A stretch of 64,000 nucleotides of DNA from an uncultured SAR86 cluster bacterium (GCA_902541175.1 CACBPP010000003.1:86873-150872), one strand, 5' to 3'. Shown: positions 20,579 through 30,992, counted from the first letter of the stretch. Numbers and translations are program-made. Notes: generated by a model not told the origin, from the letters alone.

Positions 20579-21817
20579 TTGATTAATTATATTAAGAATT
20601 CTATCTCAAGAGACTCTTTTTTTGGCTCCCTATTATTTTTTTTAGTGCTTTCATCTTGGTATACATTAAGACCAGTAAGAAATGAAATGGCAGTAGCTAA
20701 TGTTGATGAATTACCATATCTTCTGGCAACAGGTGCATTGGCAATGCTAATAATTAATCCTCTTTATTCTTGGATTGCATCAAGATCAAATTTAAAAAAA
20801 ATAATATTATCCTGCTATTCGTTTTTAATATTAAATTTAATGCTATTTCTTTTGAGTTGGAGAACATTTGGTCTTGGTGATTCAATATGGTTAGGAAGAG
20901 TTTTTTACGTTTGGTGCAACGTATATTCTTTTTTTGTAGTCTCATTATTTTGGGTTGTAATCATAAATTTATTTAGAAACTCAAGAAAGAGATCTTTTTA
21001 TGGCGTAATAATGGCTGGAGGCTCCCTTGGAGCAATCTTTGGTTCTGAGATCTCAAAAAGGTTTTCAGGATCTTTTGACGAATTTGGCCTAGAATTATTT
21101 AGCTTATCTGCAGCATTATTTCTTTTTTTAGCGATGCTTCTTGCTTTATATATGCTTTCAATTTCTAATAATGATCAAACTATTGATACTGATAATGCAG
21201 GTGGTGGAAGCTTTGATGCAATCAAAAACTCATTAAAAATTAATGAGGTAAGAAATATTGCAACTTATGTTTGGATTTGGACAGCCTTAATGACAATTCA
21301 ATGGATTACAGCAATTAATATTGTTGAAGATTGGTCACAAAACTCAGAACAAAGATTACGATTTTTCGCAATAATGGAACAAGTAATATCTCCATTAACT
21401 TTGATTGTTCAGCTTTTTTTTACGAATTTGATTATAAAAAAAATTGGTATAAAAAATATTCTATTAAGTTATGGAATTTTATTTTGTATAGCATTCATGT
21501 TGTATGGACTAATACCTTCAATTATCTCAGTAGGCGTTGCAACTGTCTTATTGAGAGTTTTTGAATATGGAATAAACAAGCCAACTAGAGAAACTATATT
21601 TAGCACTTTCAAAAAAAATGACAGATATAAGTCAACAGTATTTATAGACACTTTTATATCAAGGTTTGGTGACTTATCTGGTAGTGGATTTATTGCTGTT
21701 GGAAAACTAACAAGCATAGCAGCAAATAGTTTTCCATTAATTGCAATTCCAATAGCTGGTTTTTTATCTTTGTTGGGCATAAAGATATCTAATAAAATGC
21801 AAGTTAAAGACCTCTAG
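20579..21817 (+). CDS. MFS-fold transporter resembling the ATP/ADP-translocase-like (AAA/TLC) family
   Basis: YTLRPVRNEM, FYVWCNVY...SLFW, GGSLGAIFG, YGINKPTRE, RYKS...IDTFISRFGD; about 11-12 TM helices. Confidence 0.7.
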   Translation: MINYIKNSISRDSFFGSLLFFLVLSSWYTLRPVRNEMAVANVDELPYLLATGALAMLIINPLYSWIASRSNLKKIILSCYSFLILNLMLFLLSWRTFGLGDSIWLGRVFYVWCNVYSFFVVSLFWVVIINLFRNSRKRSFYGVIMAGGSLGAIFGSEISKRFSGSFDEFGLELFSLSAALFLFLAMLLALYMLSISNNDQTIDTDNAGGGSFDAIKNSLKINEVRNIATYVWIWTALMTIQWITAINIVEDWSQNSEQRLRFFAIMEQVISPLTLIVQLFFTNLIIKKIGIKNILLSYGILFCIAFMLYGLIPSIISVGVATVLLRVFEYGINKPTRETIFSTFKKNDRYKSTVFIDTFISRFGDLSGSGFIAVGKLTSIAANSFPLIAIPIAGFLSLLGIKISNKMQVKDL

Positions 21818-23240
21818 ACCGATTAATTTCATTTTTAATATCTATTATTTTTGTCATTATTCTCTCAGAAACTTGAAAATTATTTTGAGTTAGTTTCAAC
21901 GCAAATTCTAATTGATTTAAAGCTCTTTCACTTTGACCAAGAAGTAGAAAGTATTCAGCTCTACTTTGATGATATCCAACAATATTTTTGCTAGCTCTTT
22001 GTATTTCTGAAAGAAGAAGCCAAAGCTCTGGATTATTATTTTTTCTTAAAAGCTGATCTCTGATAATTTCTTCAGATTGAAAGTATTGACCCATTGATAA
22101 CAAAATTTTTGATTTTGAAATAGAAAGAGGATAATTTCTAGGTGATATTTCAAGAAACTTATTTGCAAGATCAAGGGCTTCATTATATCTACCATTTTCA
22201 TAAAGAATATCTATCTTGGTATTGTTCAGAACCAGGTTTTTAGGATACAAATCTATTAATTTATTTATTAAATTTATACTTTCTTCACTGTCATTTGTTT
22301 TATGATATGCAAGCGATAGCCCATAAACGTTTGCATCTGAGGCACTTTCTTCAACTCTTTCCTTAAATTTTCTTAATGAATTAGATGGAATATTTTCATA
22401 ATATATTTCTAGCCGAGCCTTCATTAACGAAAACTCTAGAGAATCTTTTTTTGTTCCATCTTTTGGTAGATTTTCGGCTGCATTAAATGCATCACTTATT
22501 CTAGAGGATGATAAAGGGTGAGTTAGCAAGAATTCTGGTGGAAGATCTCCAGAAAGTCTTCTAATTTCATTCATATTTTCAAACATTTCTCCCATTGAAT
22601 TGGGGTCATATCCAGCTTTTACTAGATTAGCAAAACCAACTCTATCAGCCTCTTTCTCAAATAACCGACTGTATCTTAAATTTTGAGATTGCAGAATGGC
22701 TGGTCCAACAGCAATTGCATTTGGATTATTGCTTATTAAGGCAAGTGCAATTGAAGATACCATCACAAGGGCAGAAGCAAAATTGCTATCCTGTGATTTC
22801 AAGACGTTTCTTGCAAAATGTCTTTGACTAAGATGAGCTAACTCATGAGCAAGAACTGAAGAAAATTGTCCTTCATTGTCTGAATGTAAAAATAATCCTC
22901 CATTAATACCAATTATTCCTCCTGGAGCTGCAAAAGCATTAAGTGAATCATCATCTATTAGTAAGATATTAAAATCTCTGTCTTTAACTTGACTATATTC
23001 AGAAAGTCTATAAACAAGATGTTCTGTATATTCAAATATAAGTGGGTCAGCTATTAATGGTGCTGATGAGTAAACCTGTTGAAGAAACATTTCTCCAATT
23101 GCTTTCTCTTGCTCTGCAGATACTGCTCCAGAAACTCTATCGCCAAGTTCAGGCAAATTCAATTGATTTATTTGTTCATCAACTGCAAGGGCATTTATTG
23201 AGATTAATATCAATAAAATTTGTTTAAGAAATGATCTCAT
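21804..23240 (-). CDS. bepA: M48 metalloprotease with TPR repeats (BepA/YfgC)
   Basis: NAFAAPGG, VLAHELAHLSQRH, EKEADRVG, EFLLTHPL. Confidence 0.92.
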   Translation of the reverse strand: MRSFLKQILLILISINALAVDEQINQLNLPELGDRVSGAVSAEQEKAIGEMFLQQVYSSAPLIADPLIFEYTEHLVYRLSEYSQVKDRDFNILLIDDDSLNAFAAPGGIIGINGGLFLHSDNEGQFSSVLAHELAHLSQRHFARNVLKSQDSNFASALVMVSSIALALISNNPNAIAVGPAILQSQNLRYSRLFEKEADRVGFANLVKAGYDPNSMGEMFENMNEIRRLSGDLPPEFLLTHPLSSSRISDAFNAAENLPKDGTKKDSLEFSLMKARLEIYYENIPSNSLRKFKERVEESASDANVYGLSLAYHKTNDSEESINLINKLIDLYPKNLVLNNTKIDILYENGRYNEALDLANKFLEISPRNYPLSISKSKILLSMGQYFQSEEIIRDQLLRKNNNPELWLLLSEIQRASKNIVGYHQSRAEYFLLLGQSERALNQLEFALKLTQNNFQVSERIMTKIIDIKNEINRSRGL

Positions 23241-23339
23241 TACAAAAATAATAACTAAATTTAATGATTAGAACATTATATACAATGAAAAGTTTAATAT
23301 ATTAAGCTAAATCTTATATATAATGTCACTACAAAAATT

Positions 23340-24389
23340 ATGATTGAGCATTTTAAAAATATATTTAGGCGAATTTTTAGCAATGAAGAGACGGTAATAT
23401 TTTCAATAATAATTATTTTTACTTTATTGCTCTTCAGTTTTTTTATTGAAGTTTTAACACCTTTTATAATTAGTATTATTGTTGCATATTTGCTTGTAGG
23501 TCTTCAAAAGAAAATTGAGACGTATAATATTCTGCAGCCAATTTCAACAGTTATTGCTTTCTCAGTGTTTATTATTATAGGTGCTGCTATGTTTACATGG
23601 CTGATTCCGTTGTTATATGTTCAATTACAATCATTTGTTCTTGATATACCAAGGCTATTCAATGACTTTTTAAATTTTATTTCAACAATACCTGCTGCAT
23701 TTCCTGATTTGGTAAACTCTGATCAAATATCTGTTTTTTTTCAAGCAGTATCATCAGAGTTGAGTTCAATCACACAGAATATTGTAAAGTCTTCAATTTC
23801 AGGTATTCAAAGTACAATAACTGTTCTTTTATACATAATCCTTTTTCCAATACTGGTTTATTTCTTTCTATTCGATAGAAAAAATATTATTGAGGGCTGC
23901 TTAAAAATTATTCCAGGTGACAGGGCTATGCTCTCTCAGGTATGGTCTGAGATGGATGTTCAATTGAGCAATTATGTTAGAGGCAAGGTTCTTGAAATCT
24001 TTATAGTTGGTATTGCAGCTGCTATTCTTTTTGCATCTTTCGGTTTGAATTATGGAGCTTTGCTAGCAGTTTTAGTTGGATTATCAGTTTTGATACCTTA
24101 CGTAGGAGCATTTTCAATAACCATTCCAATAGTAATTATTGGATTATTGCAATTTGGTCTTGGCACCCAATTTTATTTATTAATCGGACTTTATTTGTTA
24201 CTTCAATTTCTTGATGGAAATCTTCTAGTACCAATTATTTTCTCTGAGGCAGTAAAATTACATCCTGTCGTTATTATTCTTGCTGTATTTATATTTGGGA
24301 GTATGTTCGGTTTTTGGGGCGTATTCTTTTCAATACCATTAGCTACATTCATAAAAGCTGTTTGGAACGCCTGGCCAGGCCTATCGTAA
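23340..24389 (+). CDS. perM: AI-2E-family transporter (PerM-like)
   Basis: NYVRGKVLEI, LIPYVGA, QFLDGNLLVP, LHPV; next to bepA and bcp. Confidence 0.88.
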   Translation: MIEHFKNIFRRIFSNEETVIFSIIIIFTLLLFSFFIEVLTPFIISIIVAYLLVGLQKKIETYNILQPISTVIAFSVFIIIGAAMFTWLIPLLYVQLQSFVLDIPRLFNDFLNFISTIPAAFPDLVNSDQISVFFQAVSSELSSITQNIVKSSISGIQSTITVLLYIILFPILVYFFLFDRKNIIEGCLKIIPGDRAMLSQVWSEMDVQLSNYVRGKVLEIFIVGIAAAILFASFGLNYGALLAVLVGLSVLIPYVGAFSITIPIVIIGLLQFGLGTQFYLLIGLYLLLQFLDGNLLVPIIFSEAVKLHPVVIILAVFIFGSMFGFWGVFFSIPLATFIKAVWNAWPGLS

Positions 24390-24396
24390 TAATTAT

Positions 24397-24891
24397 TTAA
24401 TTATTAGTTTCTTCGAGTTTTTTCACTTCGTTTAAAACATCATTAACATGACCTTTTACTTTCACCGATCTCCATTCTTTGACTACTTTACCATTTGAAG
24501 AAATTAAGAAAGTTGAGCGATCAACTCCAAGATATTCTTTACCATACATTGATTTCATTTTAATAACATCAAATGCTTTACACATTTTTTCATCAGGATC
24601 TGACAGAAGTTCAAATGGAAAAGATTGCTTTTCTTTGAAATTTTCATGAGATTTTATTGAATCGCGAGATACTCCCATAATTTCTGTATTAAGATTTTTG
24701 AAAAGTTTATAGCTGTCTCTAAAATCTTGACCCTCAGTCGTACAACCAGGTGTACTATCTTTAGGGTAAAAATAGATAATAAGATTTTTACCAACAAAAT
24801 CTTTATCAGACAAAGTTTTGTTACTTGTACATTCACCGATGAAGCTTGGACATTTCTTTCCTTCAAATGTTTTTCCCATAATTTTCCTCAT
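24397..24891 (-). CDS. bcp: Peroxiredoxin Bcp
   Basis: YFYPKDSTPGCTTEG, GVDRSTFLI. Confidence 0.93.
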   Translation of the reverse strand: MRKIMGKTFEGKKCPSFIGECTSNKTLSDKDFVGKNLIIYFYPKDSTPGCTTEGQDFRDSYKLFKNLNTEIMGVSRDSIKSHENFKEKQSFPFELLSDPDEKMCKAFDVIKMKSMYGKEYLGVDRSTFLISSNGKVVKEWRSVKVKGHVNDVLNEVKKLEETNN

Positions 24892-24940
24892 TAATTAATT
24901 ATTAAAATAGTGTATAGTCATATTTTTACTAAATTTTAGA

Positions 24941-25828
24941 ATGATGCAAGTATTAACTGGAAGTATTGTTGCTTTAGTGACTCCAATGCATGAAAACGGC
25001 ATGGTAGATTTTAATGCGTTGAAAAAATTAGTTGATTGGCACATTAAAGAGGGCACCAATGGAATTGTTGCAGTAGGTACCACTGGCGAATCAGCGACTC
25101 TTGAAATCGAAGAACATCTTGAAGTAATTAGCAGCATAGTGAAATATGCAGATGGCAGGATTCCTATAATTGCTGGATCTGGTTCAAATTCAACAGCACA
25201 AGCTCTCAAAACAACCTCTGAATCATGTAAGATCGGAGCAGATTATTCTCTTTTAGTTACGCCCTATTATAATAAGCCTAGTCAAAAAGGTTTAATAGAA
25301 CATTATTTAAAGATAGCTGACTCTTGTGACATTAAACAAATTTTATATAATGTTCCTTCAAGAACTGCTTGTGATTTATCTCCCGATACAGTCAAGATAC
25401 TCTCTAAACACGAAAATATAATTGGAATAAAGGAATCGGTTAATAGTATTGAAAGAATAAATAAGCTAATGGATATTTCAAATGAAAATAATGACTTTTT
25501 AGTTTTCTCTGGAGATGATGAATCATTTATAGATTTGTTAAGCTTGGGTGGACATGGAGTAATATCTGTTGCAGCAAATGTAATTCCGAAAGGCATATCT
25601 GAAATTTGTATGTTTCACAAAGATAATAAAGATCATGCTATTAAATTAAATAAAAAGTATAAAAATTTGTATGAGCTATTGTTTGTTGAATCAAATCCAA
25701 TTCCTGTTAAATGGATGATGCATAAGATGGGATTAATTAAAAACTCAATAAGACTTCCACTTATTGAATTAGATAAGAAATATCAAGAAAATATCATTTC
25801 AGAAATGTTAAAATTACAATTAATATGA
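24941..25828 (+). CDS. dapA: 4-hydroxy-tetrahydrodipicolinate synthase
   Basis: GTTGES, VTPYYNKP, LYNVPSRT, GIKE, ESNPIPVK. Confidence 0.97.
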   Translation: MMQVLTGSIVALVTPMHENGMVDFNALKKLVDWHIKEGTNGIVAVGTTGESATLEIEEHLEVISSIVKYADGRIPIIAGSGSNSTAQALKTTSESCKIGADYSLLVTPYYNKPSQKGLIEHYLKIADSCDIKQILYNVPSRTACDLSPDTVKILSKHENIIGIKESVNSIERINKLMDISNENNDFLVFSGDDESFIDLLSLGGHGVISVAANVIPKGISEICMFHKDNKDHAIKLNKKYKNLYELLFVESNPIPVKWMMHKMGLIKNSIRLPLIELDKKYQENIISEMLKLQLI

Positions 25829-26811
25829 AACGTTTAAATTTTTCAATAATTTTAACTATATTGATTACATCATGTTCAATGATAGGTGGACAAGATGGGT
25901 ATTTTCCAGAAAAGAAATATGATTTTTTGGATGAAGAAGTAGAAGAAAACATCTCTATTCCCAATGATTTAACTAAACCAAATACTGAAAATCATTATCC
26001 TGTAAATGATCCTGTTGATATTGATAATTTAACTAGAGTTCCAAAACCAAGACAGATTTTTGCGTCATCAGGTGATAGTTCTGTTCAGTTAAGAAGGCTT
26101 GGTGAATTAATGTGGATTTATATTGAGACATTGCCTTCTACATCATGGCCAATTTCAAAAAATTATTGGGATACGTCAATTTATGATGTTGTAAAAGCTG
26201 ATCCAGTTACAGGAGAAATTGATATAGATTTTGATCAAAACTCTAAATTACAAATGAGAGTTGAGCATGGTATTAAAGAAGCATCTACAGAAATATTTTT
26301 GATAAAAATTAATAAATTTACCAATGAAATAGTGAGTGATCCTGAATTCATTCAGGGTGAAATGGAAAAAATGATAGATTACTATGCTGATTCGTTATCA
26401 AACTTTTCTGGAACCTCATTAGCGGCCCAAAATCTCAATGAAATGAAAAAAGCAAAAATATTTACAGAAAATGGTAGAACGGTTATTTCCTTAGACTTAA
26501 ATTTTGATAGAGCATGGTCTTCAGTTAGTAAGGCATTAAATGCTGCTGAAATTGTTACAAATGATAGAGACCGAAGTAAGGGTATATTTTTTGTTAGTTA
26601 TGCAAAAGAAGAAGAGAGAAGATTTTTTAAACTTTTTGGTGGAGGAAGCACGAATGATGATCAGCAAAATCTTGATTTTGGTGAGGGTTCTGAATTTGAA
26701 ATTACAATTACTCAAGAAAATCAAAAAACTTTTGTTCGAGCAAAATCAAAAGATGGTAATATTGAAGAATCTGAACAACTTCTTTCAAAAATTAATGAGT
26801 CTTTAAGCTAA
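25825..26811 (+). CDS. bamC: Outer-membrane assembly lipoprotein BamC
   Basis: Lipobox ITSC; FDRAWSSV...DRDRSKG; dapA-bamC-purC synteny. Confidence 0.85.
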   Translation: MKRLNFSIILTILITSCSMIGGQDGYFPEKKYDFLDEEVEENISIPNDLTKPNTENHYPVNDPVDIDNLTRVPKPRQIFASSGDSSVQLRRLGELMWIYIETLPSTSWPISKNYWDTSIYDVVKADPVTGEIDIDFDQNSKLQMRVEHGIKEASTEIFLIKINKFTNEIVSDPEFIQGEMEKMIDYYADSLSNFSGTSLAAQNLNEMKKAKIFTENGRTVISLDLNFDRAWSSVSKALNAAEIVTNDRDRSKGIFFVSYAKEEERRFFKLFGGGSTNDDQQNLDFGEGSEFEITITQENQKTFVRAKSKDGNIEESEQLLSKINESLS

Positions 26812-27527
26812 TGAAGAAAATAAAAGAAATAACAAAAGGCAAAGCCAAATCCATGTTCTCAACTGAGAATGAGGATCATCTAATTATGCATTTTAGTGAT
26901 GATACTTCTGCATTTGATGGCAAAAAAAGAGAAGCTTTACTTGGAAAAGGGGCAGTTAATAATCAATTCAATGCATTCATTATGAAGCATCTTAAAGAAA
27001 ATGGAGTTGAGTCCCATCTTGTTGAAGTTATTGATAGTACAGACTCACTTGTTTATAAATTGGATATGTTTCCAATAGAGTGTGTAATTCGAAATAGAGC
27101 CTCAGGCTCTATATGTAAGAGACTAGGAACAGAAGATGGATTAGTGCTAGAAAATCCGTTATTTGAATTTTTCCTTAAAGATGATGACCTAGGCGATCCT
27201 TTAATTAATGATGAGCATATTATTTCATTCGGATGGGCCAGTAATGAGCATATACAAGAAATGAAAAAACAGACATATTTAGTTAATGAAATATTGTCAA
27301 AATTATTCCTTGATTCTGGTCTTATATTGGTTGATTTTAAAGTTGAGTATGGTCTTTTCAAAAATAAAATACTTCTTGCTGATGAATTCACTCCTGATGG
27401 ATGTAGATTATGGGATTCAGAAACTTTGAAAAAAATGGATAAGGATAGGTTTAGGCAAGGTTTAGGTGATGTCGTAGAGTCATATCACCAAGTCGCAGAT
27501 AGATTAGGTATGAATATAGAAACTTGA
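26811..27527 (+). CDS. purC: SAICAR synthase
   Basis: GKAK, DTSAFDG, ECVIRN, LVDFKVEYG, DEFTPDGCRLWD, DKDRFRQ. Confidence 0.97.
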   Translation: MKKIKEITKGKAKSMFSTENEDHLIMHFSDDTSAFDGKKREALLGKGAVNNQFNAFIMKHLKENGVESHLVEVIDSTDSLVYKLDMFPIECVIRNRASGSICKRLGTEDGLVLENPLFEFFLKDDDLGDPLINDEHIISFGWASNEHIQEMKKQTYLVNEILSKLFLDSGLILVDFKVEYGLFKNKILLADEFTPDGCRLWDSETLKKMDKDRFRQGLGDVVESYHQVADRLGMNIET

Positions 27528-27551
27528 CTAAAACAGTCAGGTATTTATAAT
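27520..27551 (+). promoter_or_regulatory. IscR type-1 operator overlapping a sigma-70 promoter of the isc operon
   Basis: AAACTTGACTAAAACAGTCAGGTATT imperfect palindrome; TTGACT (27524-29), 16 bp, TATAAT (27546-51). Confidence 0.75.
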
Positions 27552-27558
27552 TCACTTC

Positions 27559-27993
27559 GTGAGACTAACTACAAAAAGTAGATATGCTGTTAGCGCACTT
27601 ACAGAATTAAGTTTTTTGCAAGTCTCAGGACCAGTTTCTTTAAGTGATATCTCAGCAAATCAAAATATAGAATTAACTTATCTTGAGCAGATATTCAGAA
27701 AGCTTAGAATAGCTGGCATTGTTAAGAGTATAAGAGGAAGAAACGGTGGATATTTATACGCTAAAGATCCATCAAGTATTTCAATAAAAGAGGTCATGCA
27801 TGCCGTTGATGAAGTGCTTGATGCTACTAAATGTGCAGGCACTTCTGCATGCCACAATGGTAAAAAGTGCAGTACTCATGATTTATGGCATGAGTTAAAT
27901 ATCGTTGTAGAAGAATATTTAGAAAAAATAACAATAGAGAGCCTTGTAGAAACTAATAATAGTCCATATATTAAGGTTAAAGAGATAAATTAG
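27559..27993 (+). CDS. iscR: Fe-S cluster assembly regulator IscR (Rrf2 family)
   Basis: [17 protein letters not shown], three Cys in [15 protein letters not shown]. Confidence 0.95.
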   Translation: MRLTTKSRYAVSALTELSFLQVSGPVSLSDISANQNIELTYLEQIFRKLRIAGIVKSIRGRNGGYLYAKDPSSISIKEVMHAVDEVLDATKCAGTSACHNGKKCSTHDLWHELNIVVEEYLEKITIESLVETNNSPYIKVKEIN

Positions 27994-29214
27994 ATGAGCA
28001 CACAATCCACAATTTATTTAGATTACGCATCAACAACCCCAGTTGACCCTAGAGTAGCATCTAAAATGATGGAGTTTCTTACTCCTGAGGGAGAGTTTGG
28101 AAATCCTGCTTCACGTTCACATCGATTTGGATGGAAGGCTGATGAAGCTGTTGAAGAAGCAAGATCTCATGTTGCAAATTTAGTCAATTGTGATCCAAGA
28201 GAAGTTGTCTGGACGTCTGGTGCAACAGAAGCAGACAATTTGGCTATAAAAGGCGTTGCTAGATTTTATAAGTCTAAGGGCAATCACATTATTACTTCAA
28301 AAATTGAACATAAAGCAGTTTTAGATCCATGCAGGCAACTGGAAAGAGAAGGTTTCGAAGTTACTTATCTCGATCCAGATGATAAAGGTGTCATAAGCCC
28401 AGAAGCAGTTAAGTCAGCAATTAAGGATTCAACTGTCCTAGTTTCAATTATGCATATTAATAATGAGCTGGGAACTTTAAATGACATATCAAAGATTGGT
28501 GATGTTACTAGGGATAAAGGAATTTTCTTTCATGTTGATGCTGCCCAGAGTACAGGTAAAGTGAATATTGACCTAGAAAAAATGTCAGTGGATCTTATGT
28601 CCTTTTCTGCTCATAAAACATATGGGCCAAAAGGTGTTGGCGCACTATATGTAAGAAGAAAGCCTAGGGTTAGACTTGAGGCTTTAATCCATGGCGGTGG
28701 TCATGAAAGAGGTATGAGATCTGGAACTCTAGCAACTCATCAAATCGTAGGCATGGGGGAAGCATTTCGCTTAGCTAGTAAAGAAATGGAAGAAGATCAC
28801 AAAAAAATCTCTAAATATCATGAAAAATTTTTAGACAAAGTAAAAGAAATTGATCATGTATACATTAATGGTGATCTTAATAATAAAGTTCCAAATATTT
28901 TAAATGTAAGTTTTAATTTTGTTGAAGGTGAGTCTCTAATAATGGGATTAAAAGACATTGCAGTTTCATCTGGCTCTGCATGTACATCAGCTAGTTTGGA
29001 ACCTTCATATGTATTAAGGGCCTTGGGAAGAAAAGATGAATTAGCTCACAGCTCAATAAGGTTTTCTTTTGGAAGATTTACAAGTGATGATGATGTAAAT
29101 AATACATTAGATATTCTTGGCAACGTCGTCCAAAGACTCAGAGAGCTTTCCCCACTTTGGGAAATGCATCTCGATGGAATTGATTTAGATACAGTTGAAT
29201 GGAACGCACATTAG
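27994..29214 (+). CDS. iscS: Cysteine desulfurase
   Basis: [34 protein letters not shown]. Confidence 0.98.
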   Translation: MSTQSTIYLDYASTTPVDPRVASKMMEFLTPEGEFGNPASRSHRFGWKADEAVEEARSHVANLVNCDPREVVWTSGATEADNLAIKGVARFYKSKGNHIITSKIEHKAVLDPCRQLEREGFEVTYLDPDDKGVISPEAVKSAIKDSTVLVSIMHINNELGTLNDISKIGDVTRDKGIFFHVDAAQSTGKVNIDLEKMSVDLMSFSAHKTYGPKGVGALYVRRKPRVRLEALIHGGGHERGMRSGTLATHQIVGMGEAFRLASKEMEEDHKKISKYHEKFLDKVKEIDHVYINGDLNNKVPNILNVSFNFVEGESLIMGLKDIAVSSGSACTSASLEPSYVLRALGRKDELAHSSIRFSFGRFTSDDDVNNTLDILGNVVQRLRELSPLWEMHLDGIDLDTVEWNAH

Positions 29215-29223
29215 GAGAATTGA

Positions 29224-29628
29224 ATGGCATATAGTAAAAAAGTAGTAGAAAAATTTGAAAATACATTAAATAACCCTGAAGCATTTAAAGTAGGAAGATT
29301 TGATCCAAAAGATGCAAATGTCGGAACAGGTATGGTTGGAGCACCAGCGTGTGGTGATGTTATGAAGTTGCAAATCAAGTGTGAACCAAAAGGCAATACT
29401 CATGTAATCAAGGATGTGAAATTTAAAACATATGGCTGTGGATCTGCTATAGCATCATCAAGCGAACTTGTTGAAATGCTAATTGGTAAGACTTTAGAAG
29501 AAGCAAAAGCAATCAAGAACGTAGAAATTGTTGAGGCTTTAGAGTTACCGCCAATAAAAATTCATTGTTCTGTCCTTGCAGAGGATTCAATTAGGCAGGC
29601 AATTGAAGATTACGAAGCAAAACAATAA
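29224..29628 (+). CDS. iscU: Fe-S scaffold protein
   Basis: GAPACGDVM, KTYGCGSAIAS, LPPIKIHCSVLAE. Confidence 0.96.
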   Translation: MAYSKKVVEKFENTLNNPEAFKVGRFDPKDANVGTGMVGAPACGDVMKLQIKCEPKGNTHVIKDVKFKTYGCGSAIASSSELVEMLIGKTLEEAKAIKNVEIVEALELPPIKIHCSVLAEDSIRQAIEDYEAKQ

Positions 29629-29635
29629 ATAAGTC

Positions 29636-29977
29636 ATGGAGACATTTAATTCAACAGATCTAAACTTTTCAGATAGCGCGATTGAGCATTTTTCAAAAGT
29701 TTTAAAGGAAAGAGGAAAGGGTATAGGTATTAGATTAGGCATCAAAGAGGCAGGATGTTCAGGTTACGAATACACTTTTGATTTTGTTGATGACATCATT
29801 GATGATTTTATAACTTATGAGAAAGGCGGTTGTAAAATTTTTATTGATTCAAACAGCTTTTCTTTTTTGAAAGGCAGTATGGTTGATTACGTTGATGAGG
29901 GTCTAAACCAAGGTATTAAATTCATAAATCCTAATGCGAAAGCTGTATGCGGTTGTGGCGAAAGTTTTACACTTTAG
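29636..29977 (+). CDS. iscA: Fe-S carrier protein
   Basis: AGCSG, NPNAKAVCGCGESF. Confidence 0.94.
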   Translation: METFNSTDLNFSDSAIEHFSKVLKERGKGIGIRLGIKEAGCSGYEYTFDFVDDIIDDFITYEKGGCKIFIDSNSFSFLKGSMVDYVDEGLNQGIKFINPNAKAVCGCGESFTL

Positions 29978-29980
29978 ATT

Positions 29981-30322
29981 ATGGCTAAAATAAAGATATG
30001 GCCTCATGAGGAAATATGCCCCAATGGCGCTGAAATAGAGTCTTTGCCAGAAGAGACAATTTGCGAGGCAGCTTTAAGAAATAATATAAAAATTGAGCAT
30101 GCATGTGAAATGTCAGCTGCATGTACAACTTGTCATTGCATTGTAAGAAAAGGTTTTGAAACACTTGAAGACGCGAGTGATATAGAGGAAGATTTGCTTG
30201 ATAAGGCCTGGGGTTTAGAGCAAACATCAAGGTTAAGCTGTCAAGCCGTTCCTCCAGATGATGAGGAAATTGAAATAGAGTTACCTAAATATAATATCAA
30301 TATGGTTTCGGAAGATCATTAA
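29981..30322 (+). CDS. fdx: ISC 2Fe-2S ferredoxin
   Basis: EHACEMSAACTTCHC, LDKAWGLE..SRLSCQA. Confidence 0.95.
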   Translation: MAKIKIWPHEEICPNGAEIESLPEETICEAALRNNIKIEHACEMSAACTTCHCIVRKGFETLEDASDIEEDLLDKAWGLEQTSRLSCQAVPPDDEEIEIELPKYNINMVSEDH

Positions 30323-30525
30323 TGCAGGATCTTGATTGGCTTGATGTTCTAGATATAGCAATTGAGCTAAATGATAGATTTCCTGATATAGATCCCCAAT
30401 GGATTAGTTTTCCTGATTTGCATAAAAAGATTTGTAACCTAGATAGTTTTGTTGGAGATCCTGAAAAATCTAACGAAAAAATTCTTGAAGCTATTCAAAT
30501 GCATTGGATAGAAGAATATCAATAA
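30322..30525 (+). CDS. iscX: IscX
   Basis: W.D..DIAI.L...[20 protein letters not shown]. Confidence 0.93.
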   Translation: MQDLDWLDVLDIAIELNDRFPDIDPQWISFPDLHKKICNLDSFVGDPEKSNEKILEAIQMHWIEEYQ

Positions 30526-30565
30526 CTTTAATATAATAACGAATTATTTTTTGAGGGATATTAAT

Positions 30566-30991
30566 ATGTCAATTGAGAGAACACTTTCAATAATTAAACC
30601 AGATGCAGTTGGTAAAAATGTTATTGGAAAAATAATATCAAGATTTGAAGAAAATAATCTTTACCTTGTTGCGGGTAAATTAGTTCACTTGTCAGATGAA
30701 ATGGCATCGGGATTTTATGCTGAACATGAAGGCAAACCATTTTTTAACGATCTAAAAAAATTCATGACTTCAGGACCAGTTTTTGTTCAAGTATTAGAAG
30801 GTGAAAATGCAGTTCAAAAAAATAGAGACTTAATGGGTAGTACTAACCCTCAAGAAGCTGCCCCAGGAACAATTAGAGCAGATTTTGCTAATAGTATTGA
30901 TGCAAACGCTGTTCATGGGTCTGACTCTGTTGAAAGTGCTAATAGGGAGATTGAGTATTTCTTTAATACAGAAGAAATATTGAATAAATAA
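30566..30991 (+). CDS. ndk: Nucleoside diphosphate kinase; likely start ATG 30566
   Basis: [28 protein letters not shown]. Confidence 0.97.
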   Translation: MSIERTLSIIKPDAVGKNVIGKIISRFEENNLYLVAGKLVHLSDEMASGFYAEHEGKPFFNDLKKFMTSGPVFVQVLEGENAVQKNRDLMGSTNPQEAAPGTIRADFANSIDANAVHGSDSVESANREIEYFFNTEEILNK

Positions 30992-30992
30992 G

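Noticed and set aside
20488-21817. tRNA-Lys as an integration site for a genomic island
   Set aside because: No integrase, no duplicated tRNA 3' end seen, and core genes resume after a single gene.
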